This document shows positions 29,650-41,563 of a DNA stretch of 64,000 bases, in pieces. The translations under genes and the position numbers were made by a program. Under the pieces are notes generated by a model that did no database searches, had not been told where the DNA came from, and was given only the letters and a program-made list of their open reading frames with translations. This stretch comes from Auanema rhodensis (taxonomy: Eukaryota; Animalia; Nematoda), in NCBI GenBank assembly GCA_964057225.1, contig OZ059897.1, positions 5,332,001-5,396,000 of the forward strand, given 5' to 3'. Position 1 is the stretch's first letter. Each line of letters starts with the position of its first letter.

Positions 29650-29780
29650 TCACCTGCGTCCCGCCCTAAATAAGCTTGAGATGAAGGGCGGAGAGTGTAG
29701 AGACAGAATCAGAAAAGAAATTTAGAAAGAAAGAGAGATTATAAAAGCTGAAGAATCTTGTTCTCTCTCTCTCTCTTCAT
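29650..29780 (+). promoter_or_regulatory. Candidate cog-1 core promoter
   Basis: Inverted GC boxes (CCGCCC ~29660, GGGCGG ~29686) and TATAAAA at 29740, about 470 bp upstream of the TTGCAG|ATG at 30212. Confidence 0.4.
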
Positions 29781-30211
29781 ATGTATATATATATATTTAT
29801 ATAAGTTTCTTTATATAGCATATCTTGTCGTTAGCTTTGAACCTCATGGTAGTCACTGTTACTGACCGGATGAATGAATGATATCTACATGAGAATCCAG
29901 TTCGTGTACTATTGAGTAGATAAATCTTGGGGACGTGTTGAAAGTTTCAAGACGTAACAACAAACTTTAAATTTCTCTTATTTTATTTAATAAACTAATT
30001 TTTGAAGAACTTCTTATTCCATCCTGATTACTTGATTAATGCTAGGTGAAGACTTTATGTGAATTCCAAAAACAAGTTTATTTTTTGTTTATAATTATCG
30101 TTTATTGCATTTATTATTTTTTTAATATTATTATTATTTGTAGTGCTCATATTCATGATCATCAACTAATCTAAAAACAGAATTAAATTATTTTCATATT
30201 TTGATTTGCAG

Positions 30212-33200
30212 ATGAGCATATTTCTTGCGGGAAATCAATTACCTACTTCCGAGAAATCTGAACCTTTCCAGGCTCAAGTTAATTTGAATAATTCCCCTAA
30301 TCATATGAAGGTATCATTTACGTAAAAATAATAAGCTACATTTGGCTCGAATAAACAAAATAAATTTTTTTCTTTTTAATAAAATCAGTTTTTAAATTAT
30401 CCTTTTCCAGCATCTATTGAGCATGTCATCAGCATTCAAATCTCGAGATGAAGAGAAGAAGGAAGCTCGATCTGGTTATAGTATTTCGCATATTTTGGAG
30501 AAGAAGGAAAACAGTCCGGTCGCTAGGTAAGCCTGCTAAAGCCAGACAGATACAGAAATCATTTATTTATTTCGATGTAAAAGACAAAAAGTGATGTCTG
30601 AAAATAGAAAATCAGAAAAAAAGTGAAAGATATGTATGTTTCAAAAAAGGTTAAGAAATGCAATACAGAAATTGAAGCTGAAAACTGTGACTACTAGAAA
30701 TGTTTCAATTTGCTATAATATCTCTAATATACCACAGATATATTATTTTGAAAAACAATAATCATTGAAGGCTCAAACAGCAACGTTTATCCGTTTAATA
30801 AATTATATACCAAATAAGTACCTAGAACAAGCCTTAAATGAGCCCTATATGTACATAAGGTAAGCAGGTGCCACCGTTCTATCCTGATCTATATATCTCT
30901 CTCGATACAATTCATATTCTCACTTTAATATTGAAATTGTTTCTAAATATTAATTATAACCTTTTATAGCATATAGGCTAAAAAGGTTATTATCTTCTAT
31001 TTAATATTTATTTACTAGTTCATAACGAGAGATTCTATTAAAGAAGTCGATATTACATCAGAATATGTATCATACAAATTAATATAAATATATGGTAAAT
31101 GTGATACATCTGTCAATTAACCTGCGAATCGTATTCTATAATTGAAAAATATTTATTATCTACCGATAAAAATTTACAAATATAATAACAATTAATAATT
31201 ATTCATCATGTTCCAGCTCGTCAAGCATTAGTGATGATGATAACGAAAACGGTTCTGCTGGCGTATGTGCGTCTATCGAAGAAGAACAAATGTGAGTTTC
31301 TCTTTGTATTATTGGAATATTAATAATTATCTTACAGTTCTCCATCTGCTGCTTCTGATGCTACCTCAAATGTCTTTCCTCATTTTTTGTTTCCGACTTC
31401 TGCAGCTTTTACAGTTCCTAGCAATTTAGCTGATGTTACAGCTGCTGCTTCATCGTTGCCTTTGAACAGTTCTGTAGATTTGACTCAAAGTCAACAAATT
31501 CAAGTTAGTTTTTTGTTATTTTTCTAAAAGCTTTCGTTTTCTTCTTATTAATTTTTTATTTAATATACTTGAAACGAGACATAATAGTACCAATATATAC
31601 CAATCTCATTCCCCATTACCATACGAAGATACCAGATTTAAATATTAAATATTTTTAAGTTCTTTCTAAACATGAATTTCAAATAGATAATAAACAATAT
31701 TAGTCGGATGTCCTGAATAAAAATGTATAACAAAATAGTAAAATGGGATAGTTGAATGAAATAATATGATTGCAACTATTGATCATACATAAGTTTTTAT
31801 GTATAAAGAAAAGCTTTTATAAACGATGAATACATCACACACATATAGTTTCAGACAATAGTAATAACATATAAAATAAAATTTTATTTTTATTTTTAAT
31901 ATATTTAATTAATAAATTGCAGAATGCTTATATTAGTCTTCTATTAGGACAACAACTTAATAATGCCGCGGCTGGACCTCTGAGTCGTATTCTCTCTCAA
32001 GATGGAGGTAAGTATCATATGCTTTCTAATATTATACAATCCCTTCTCTCTTAGTCTCTACCAAATATCTAAACCTATCATAGATAAAACTAAGCTATTA
32101 TGTATAATACAATAATTGTAATAGGTATATCTCAAAAAATTTTGAGATATACAGACATAATTGTCAGACAGACATTTACGATGGCATGATCTTAATGGCA
32201 ATTACATAACAATCGTTAAGATTCAAGAATATACAGTTGTCGTCTTCGTATTATTAGTTAAATAGATCATCTGTTGCCGATTATCTAATTACGGTATTCA
32301 TAAGCAGTTTATACATGTTATTCTTGAACATTATTCATGACCATACTAAACTCGTACATTTACTTATTCATCCTTTCTCTCTCACATTCTCTTTTTCTCA
32401 TGCTCTCTTCCATTTTCATATTCTATAGCCATCTTATGTGCGTCATCAGCTGTCCCCAAACCGTCTTTTCTTCAGTTCCAAAAGACTTTCCTTGCATCAG
32501 ATCATATAAATTCATCATCATGAGCATCATCCTTCATTCATCTACATATCATCTGCCTCACTTTTATTGTCGAAGATCACAATTAGACTTGACAATCATC
32601 TTTTCATGCATACAGTTGTCGATCTATATATGAATTTTAAGTCATTTAAGGTATCTGCTCATCTCATTATTAAAATTATCTAACATGGCTTTTGAAAGAA
32701 GCCTTGTAGAAGACATTATGAGGGAGAAGATATTTCGAATATGTAATGGTAAACTTGCATATATGGGAGTAAGGAAATTGAACGATTATCAAATATTACG
32801 GATTTTCATCCAATCTGAAATACTATTGCTTTTGAAAATTGGTCAATCACCGACTAAGATTGACCTCTTCATCCCATCAGCAGACGCTCACAAGATTTAA
32901 GAGTATTAAGCTTAAGCGATTGAACATTGAAAGATGATTGAAAGCTATTCACTAGTTATTTTAAATTTGAGAAGTTAAGTTTATCTTGATTTGGCGCATT
33001 ATTCTCTAGTTTATGAACTAAAGAGCTAACGAACAAAAAGTAAAAAGAGTTAACATAAAGAATGAGAGTAGGAAGAAGGGATACAACTTAAAGTAAAGCA
33101 TGCATACGACGAACGGCATTGTTTGATTGCGAAAATTTTCCTTGCTTCCTTTCGGTCTAATGCTCTTTTATTTTCTTAATATTACTTCTCTGCCTCTCTT

Positions 33201-34817
33201 TCTCTATTATCCTGTTCTTTTGAATCTTTTTGGTTTTTACTTCTCACGCTATCTCAAAAAATTTGTAGAAAGACGTAATAAAATGATGAGTTTCAATGGG
33301 CAATCACTTGACAGCACAAAGAATTTTGTGCTAACGTCCGAAATTTTTGCACAACAATAGTATAAAGTGATGATCAATTGAATGAAGAAAGAACATTTAT
33401 TTCTTCCTCTCACCCAATACATCCTGACTTCAACTTTAAGATGATGCATCGTTATCTAGAAATAGGGAAGTTAGTTGGGAAAAAGATCTAACACCAACAA
33501 CCATAATCAAACAACATCTTTTTTGTTTTGAAAAAAACATGTGTTAGTGAATATTTAAGCCAATGATAGCTTGGTTAACAGATTTTTGAAAACAAATAAT
33601 GTATTTCTGTATCACAACCTAAACAATATCATTCAAACAATTTCAGCAAGAGCCTTAAATCCTTTTGGACTACTGTCACACCTACCAGCTGCTGCTGTGA
33701 ATGGCCTTGCACGAGTGCCGAATCCGTTACAACTCTCACCAAGCAGTTTAACCTTACAAAAGAAACAGAGTCGTCCAACCTTTACAGGACATCAAGTATG
33801 CTTTACCTTTAATTGAGTATTTTGACTATATTTGTGTTTGCAGATATTCATGTTGGAAAAGAAATTCGAGCAAACTAAATATCTTGCTGGATCTGATCGA
33901 GCCCAGCTAGCACAAGAGCTGAATATGAGTGAAAGTCAAGTGAAGGTTTGTTCTTTAATTTAATTTTGGTTTAAGTGGAGTAGAAATGAAAAAACAACTT
34001 TACAAAATTAGTAAATCCAACTGTTTTGCTGATTTTCATAATTTGAGGAAAGATGGATTGAAAAATCTTTTATTCTTCTTCATTCACTTTTCTCTCTCTC
34101 TCTCTCTCTTTTCATCTCACTTAACCGTCCTTCATTTATTTGGAACTATTCTAACTCTTCATAGCAAAATCGTAATTCAATCTACTTCCAACTTGATTTA
34201 ATTCATCATTTCAACATAATCTTCAACATCTTCATAAAGACACCATATCCTATTTTTGAAAAATTTTGTTCATCTTGTCTCCTTGGGGACTAATTGGATT
34301 TTGAATTTGGCGCCGATGAGCTACACTTTAAAGACACTCAATGATGGCAATTGAGTACGGTAGTAGAGCGAAATATATGGGATTCTTAAGATGAAAATTT
34401 TGCGTGATTTTGAAATTAAATGCTAAATTATATTATATTTTTTCGTCCTAACAGATGCGACTTTGAAAAAGTGGTTATAAATGAAATAAATTGTATGGAA
34501 GGAATTAAATAAGTAAATGGGAGAGAAGCAAAAAATTAGAAATAAAGAAGAATAGGCTTCCAAACAGGAAACTTTACAAGAGAAATGGGAAATAGGGAAC
34601 TACGTTGATCTAGAGCTTGAGACAATAAACATTCATGATTCATAAATGATGTGCTAATTACAATTACAATTATTTATATTTCTAGGTTTGGTTTCAAAAC
34701 CGACGCACTAAATGGAGAAAAAAGGAATCTGCTGATAATGCCTTAGGCAAACGATCTGAAGATAGTAAAAGCCCAGAGCCTATTCCCATTCAAAGTTTCA
34801 TTACCTCAGCTAATTGA
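30212..34817 (+). CDS. cog-1: Nkx6-class homeodomain transcription factor COG-1
   Basis: Exons 30212-30310, 30411-30526, 31217-31291, 31338-31503, 31923-32007, 33647-33795, 33844-33945 and 34686-34817 join in frame (307 aa). EH1 motif YSISHIL. Homeodomain [60 protein letters not shown]. Confidence 0.95.
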
Positions 34818-37239
34818 ATTGCCCTATTAATATGTATTTTTTTCATTTAATTTTTTTTGTCATATATTTTCGTTGATATATTGACAATATCAATGAAAGA
34901 TATTTTCCATTCGTAAATATTATATAGATAGTTCATTTTAACATATATATATGAATATATATTGTAATGTTTCTTGTCCATAGTCTGGTCCAATGTTTCC
35001 ATTGCCTTTGATACCAAAAAAATTGGGACAAAAACTTTTCTTCTCTTGAAGTATACATTTGAAATTTTTCTTAACTACCACATATATGCTTTTCTAGATC
35101 AAACTTCCAACAAAGTTTGAACTGTCTAGCATGATACTTCATTCATATACTAGTTACCGGATCACCAAACCCAAACTCATTCAGATACAAAATACACAGA
35201 TTGCTTTCTTTTCTTGACCGGTTTCGCTTTTTTCTTTTTTCTTTTATTATTTTAATTACTTTCATAAATTAGATTTTTATTTTTTTCACAAAACTATTAA
35301 TACTTCATCATATAGTTTGGCTAATTTCTGTCAATTCTACTATTGATCTCCTTATTAATATTATATATTGTATTATTTTTTTGAGGTTACTATAATATAC
35401 AAAATAATATTGTCAAATATGTTTTATACAAAAAAGCTTTGTCCAATCCCATTTTATCAGCTTTTCCATCTCTCTTGCCTATCTCACTTCTTATCTCCTC
35501 TCTTTTCTTTCTACTTTTCCCTTTGGTCGGTTTTCTTTATAAGTTATATATTCTGCATATGTATGTTCAAGAAACCGATATGTTAAGCTTGCCCTGTTTC
35601 TCATATGTTTCAGATGTTTTATTCTTAAATTTTCGTAGACATTCAAGGCATAAAATAATTTTAATATCTTATACAAATGTTATTTCTAAAAAATATATAA
35701 TAATTTAACCTTACTATTAATTATATGAATGACTCACATTCATGGGATATTTGAGAGAACAAATTATTTCAAAAGGGATGATATTATTTTTTATTAAAAA
35801 AGAATAATAACACTAATATTATCATTAATAATAGTGATTATGATAATAATAATAATAATAGTTATAATAATAATAATAATAATTTTGAAATGTTATTTAA
35901 TCTTATTTCATTATCATTACCTTTTTCAAAAACAATTTTATTTCTGAACAATTTATTCAGATTTGCCTTGGGACATTTTTATTAAATCACATTTAAATTT
36001 TGTATATTTAAGATAGCATAATCATAAAACTTCATATTTGGCAATTACTTTCTAATTTATTTTAGTTTTTCATATCCTAGGAAGCTTTTTTCAAGCTGAT
36101 GTTTCGAAATAATAATAAAATAAATTTTATGTGTTACATATACATACATATATGTAGGATTATATACTTACAAGCTTGCATACATATAAGGGCCAGTCAA
36201 TTATTTCAAAATGTAATAATCATGCATTTATGCTTGTAATCAAGCTCTCATAATATATTCTGATTGAAGTACTCAACTTCTTTTCTAGTGCTGCTTTTAT
36301 TGTGATAATTCTAATTATAATAAAGTTATATAATGAATATATTAGAGAGACATATTTTAATTTTCATGAAAGTAAATATATATATATATATATATATTCA
36401 TATCTCAATGTATCAAGATTTTCTACAAAATAATGTAAGAATAAATAAATTTTCAAGAATCATTATTCATTTTTGCTATAATTTTTTTTAATAACCAAAT
36501 ACGGAAAGTGGGTTTAGCTAATGGATCAACAATAATTTTTCATATAAATAAATATAAATTATAGGATATGAAATAAAATAATGAATAAATGCACAACAAA
36601 TTCCGTTACCTGCACAATCTATTGTGTGTAATAGCGGGCTCAAAATAAATGTTATTATTTTTCGAATTAAAAAAATATATACTAAATATATTCTTATTAC
36701 GGCTTCCATGCTTACAATAGAAATAAAATTATCATTCTTTTTTTTTCAAATTATATCGTTCTATATACTTATAATAAGATTATTATTATTATTATTATTA
36801 TTATCATGAATTTGAAATGAATTTTCTTCGTTTTTTTTTCAAAAACAAGATTTTTAGCTATTTTTTATTGCCTTTAGTTATATAAACATAACATAAATTT
36901 GGAATAAATTATTTTGTTAAATAAAAGAATTTGGTTTATTTGATAATATTCAATTTCTATTATACATATAGTAAATCTTTATTATCGTACATACAAGACT
37001 TAGATTTAAATAGTAGTGATAGGTAGACAATTTAATAATTTCAGACGTAAGTACTATGTCCTTTGTGATATGGCTCATAAAACTGTCTGAAATTACATAC
37101 CAATTAATAATTATTATTTAGAAATCATCAAACTTATCCGTAAAAAATTACAATTCAAGCTTTGGTTTTTAATTTTTTTTACTATTTCTTTATTTCAGAA
37201 TAACTGCTCATCAACTGTAAACATGGAAACAATAAAAGC

Positions 37240-38001
37240 TTACTCTGTTGAAGATGTATCAACAACTGAAATAGTTGGAATTTGACGAACAATAGATGGT
37301 GGTTCCGGACGAACACTATCCGCACGGCTTTCCCGAAAATGAAAAACTAAGTTTATCGCAACATCGAAAATTCCAAAAACTACATTAATTATGGAAAAAG
37401 CCTGAAAATATTCGATGACAGAAGCCTATAAGTGAGATATACCGCCGCGACTTTGAAAGACGATGTATTAGACGTTTCAAAACAGCCATATTGACTAAAT
37501 TGTTCACAAACATTTGGGGATATTAAAAACATAACAGTTGAAACAATAGAACAAAGAAAGAAAAGCCAGACGAATATAGTTCTCTAAAAGAAAAAAAAAG
37601 TAAAAAAAGAAATCAAAGAATAGAAATTATATTATTTTTAGAATTACACAGACTCTGTAGTTAAAGACATTTCAAACAAAAACGTAAATTGTGAAATGAA
37701 ATTTCACTTTTCAGTTCTTCATAACATACCCTAGGAAGACTCATAGTTTCTAAGTCCCAGGCGAACAAGGTGGCTATTGAGCAAGAAATAAAAAGCATTG
37801 ACAACAGCGTGAAGACTAAGCCGAATATTGCTGGTATTCGATTAGTCCATGAACTAGATAATGCAACGCAGAATAATATTATGACACAACATAGCTATAA
37901 GATATCAGGAAAGTTGAAAAGTGAACTTAAAAGCTTTGACTTACCACTGCCATTGCACGAATAGTTAAATAGAAATATAAACTATTTCTCAACCGTTCCA
38001 T
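37240..38001 (-). CDS. Small four-transmembrane protein (MARVEL/tetraspan-like), absent from the ORF track
   Basis: Four exons join in phase 0: MERLRNSLYFYLTIRAMAV|LCCVIILFCVALSSSWTNRIPAIFGLVFTLLSMLFISCSIATLF...PR|RTIFVWLFFLCSIVSTVMFLISPNVC..YGC..KVAA|AFSIINVVFGIFDVAINLVF...SSTE*. The 3' end is uncertain because GTAAG overlaps the stop. Confidence 0.65.
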
Positions 38002-39806
38002 ATTGTATTGAATTACTTTAGCATAGTATATATGTCTAGACCAGGACAAAGATAATTTTCTGTGTTAATAAGTACATTAGTTACAGGTTCTTTTATTTTT
38101 CATTAAGGATGTGGATGAAGATACAAGACGAATATTCTTAGTCTAATGATTAAAAAAAGTATATTTAAGCAAAAAAAAGGAAAAAAAACTTTAGTGTGCC
38201 CGAAAACGAAAACAGTATAGTACGTGAAGCTTTTGGTGCTTGTGGAAATACATATGAAATGCGCAGCGTCATCATCTTATTTGATCTTTGTGAATCATAA
38301 TTTTCTGTAACTATAAAGGGTAAACAACATCACCTTTAAATCTTTTCATTGTATTATAGTATGAGGTTGTTTGCGGATAAAAACATTTAAAGATATATAT
38401 GAATTTTATTCGAAACAAATACAAAAAATTGAAAACACTTTTTGGTTTTTTTCTTATTTTTTTTGTCAAGCTCTCAAACATTATTTAAAATATGTTGTAA
38501 CCTCAGAAACATATCTAATTATACTTTTTATATTATTAAATTCAATATGCAATTAATGAAAATGTAAAAAATTACAATATAACTTGAGAAAGCTCGGCAA
38601 AATTCTTTGATCCTCCTAATTCTTCGACTTTTGAAAGATATTCATTTTTTTCTTTTTATTTTTATATAAAATTAGCAAAACAATATTGTTCTTTGCAAGC
38701 AATATATAGTTACATATAGCTTATATACAACTGAATTATAATAAACGATTTTAACAGTTATATTTCCTTTTTCAAATATTATAATTTTTGTTGTGCATCT
38801 ATACTACAGGTTAGCCCAAAATAAAGAAACTTTTCGGAAGAATAATTGCGGGAATCACAATCACAATATGATCATAGTCGTTTAAAAGAAGACGGCGACT
38901 AGAACTAGCAATTTAAATTTAAATGAAAGAAAGAAAACAGGGAAATATGCAAGACTCTTTCTATAGCAAGATATTGACATATGCAGCTTAGTATATGGGA
39001 CATAGTAAAAGGGTAGGAAGGTGCATGGATAATAGCACCCCCCGTAGTGGACGATGACGACGAATGTTCATGAATCGAAGGTGCATTACTCCCATTACTG
39101 AACTAAAAGCTGGTCACATGTTAGATCAATAAAGTAATTTTGTCAAGTAAGATAATTTTTCGTGTAATTTTTTAAAATTAAGACAAATTGAGATGGGTCA
39201 GAAAGAGAAATTAGGTTAAAAAAGTCATAGAAAGAGATCGATAGATAGATAAAATTATATTTTTTCATTTAATATTTTCTTATGTAACTTACTAAATATT
39301 ATGTTTCGTCACGCATAGTTTAAGTAAGTCATGGAAAAACCGGCTGCCTTATGTGTTTGTCATTAAATGATTTTCTAAATACGTTTAGTTAAATATTATA
39401 CACGTTATTTGTTTATTTTCTTGTTTTTTGACTATTTTCTTTGTCCCAATTTCATAATTGTTAGATGTTTCATAATTAAGTGAATGAAAAATCATAAGCC
39501 TCACACCTTAAGTATGCTACTCCTTCAATACATGCAGCTCACACATTGTAACTCGTTTGAACATTGACTCATGTACACCTCATTTCTAATTTTTCTTTGC
39601 AGCTCATACAAAAGGGCTTGTCATATCACCAAATAGTTAATCGAAAAAAGATTTAATGAATACCAAAACTGGTTTAATTCGATTAAATTTTTATTGTTTA
39701 AAAAAGTTTTGAACAGTGCATTTGCTTCATGTTGGCCAAATTGAAGTAAAGCAAAAAATGAAAAATGTAAAATATTATAAACAGTTTGGAATTAAGAAAA
39801 TCTTAA

Positions 39807-41427
39807 TCATTCTGGTTTGGTTGCAACGAAAAACGCACAAGTATAAACCGATCGAAGCATTGATCTGCAGTTGTTGGTATAATTGCTTTCTATTTTTCGT
39901 TCTGACGACACTTCAAAGCCGACAGCACGGATAATTCTCATAACCTCCGTGTAAGGTATTTCGATAGAAGACTAAAAAACAAAAATAAATGCCAGTTACA
40001 GTAACTCTTTTTGCCTCTCCAGGAACATCTTCGAAGTGATAAGTGAGCGGACCAACATTTATCCAAATTCCACCAGGCTTTAGGATCTTGTAAATGTTCT
40101 CTATAACATAAATACATCCATAAATAATTTTAATTTATATATGAAACCTATATAATCTATAATGTTATTAGCAGTATCAATAAACCATGCAGTTACGACA
40201 CATGACCATAAACTGTCTCGTTTCTGCGTTTCTAGAAATGTTCCAGCTTCCATGCCAAAAAAGTTTTTTCTCGTAGTTCTCTAGAAATTATTGAAGTATT
40301 TATATAGAAAAGTCTGCATACTTCTTGGTTCATTAAGTAAGGACACATGTCTGGGAATGACACACTCCGAGTTTGATCTTCATAAGACCAACTATTACTT
40401 TTATCAAACAAGTAAGGATAAACTGTGAACTCATTAACCTTAAACACAAATAAAGGTTATTAAAGTATCCAGGCACTCAAGAATAACATACGTTTTTTGA
40501 AATATTAAGAATATATCCAGAAAAAAATAACATAAACAAACTGCATTCGTTACCCATAACAGAAAAATTTTCTAAAACCAATTCATACGGCAAGCGGCCT
40601 GAGCAAAAATATTTGATATTATCATTAAATGATTATATTGAAACCTAAACCAGCACCCGGACATAAAATAGTTATGTCATGCCTAGTCTCAATATCAGGA
40701 AAACGAGTTCTCAATTCTTCAATAATAGGCGTGAAAGTAGCTTCACGGTCTTCTCTTCCTTAAAAAAAAGTTGTAGCTAGATTTTGGTAAATCAAGACCT
40801 TCTTCAGTCCACTCTCTAACTAATTGCCGGAAAGTGCTTAATACTTTTGACATAAATTCTGCATCAGGCCTTCTGAACATGAGAGGAGGGTATCAATATC
40901 AAACATGTAAACAAAGATACCTTGGTTGAGTGATATGTATGGCTTGCTCAAAGTTTTCTCCAAACATCTCAACACTGACAGGAATAATTTGTCGAATAAC
41001 TTTGTCATTTTCCAGAATGCACCGTAAGATTTTCTCAAAATTAGCATTATGTGGAAAATTAAGCAATTTTTGATGTTCAACAGAGAGTTTTCTGAAATTT
41101 TCTTTTGATTAAAAAATATTAGGTAGAACTAGCCTGATTTCTTTAGCCATGGTCATAACCTTATCTCTCCCATATCGGCTATAATAGAAAAAGGCATTAA
41201 CAACCTTTTCTGCAGCTCTAATATCTTCAGATACACCGTTCTAAATGTTGTGAATCTAAAAAAAGCTCAAGAAATAATGAACTGACATTCTCATGATCAG
41301 GTTCCTCTACAACCTCGCCTGTGTGTGTGTGGGAAATATCATGCGAATGGGTAATATCCCTAGCATGACTATGATCATGACTATGGTTACAACCTTTTTT
41401 ATTTTCCATTCTTGGATCTGAAGCCAT
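39807..41427 (-). CDS. Carnosine N-methyltransferase (CARNMT1 / N2227 family)
   Basis: [86 protein letters not shown]. The ATG directly follows an ATTCAG acceptor. Confidence 0.93.
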
Positions 41428-41563
41428 CTGAATAAATGAATATTCTTGTATCATGATAACACATAGATTTATTTCCAAATATTATTTTTGTTTCAAGAAA
41501 ATAACCTGAGTTTCAGTAAAAAACAATTCAATTAAAACGTTAAAAATTCATTAAAAATCATAA

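Noticed and set aside
38990-39120. GC-richer patch with two GAAGGTGCAT copies
   Set aside because: No consistent exon partners were found; it cannot be called coding or regulatory.
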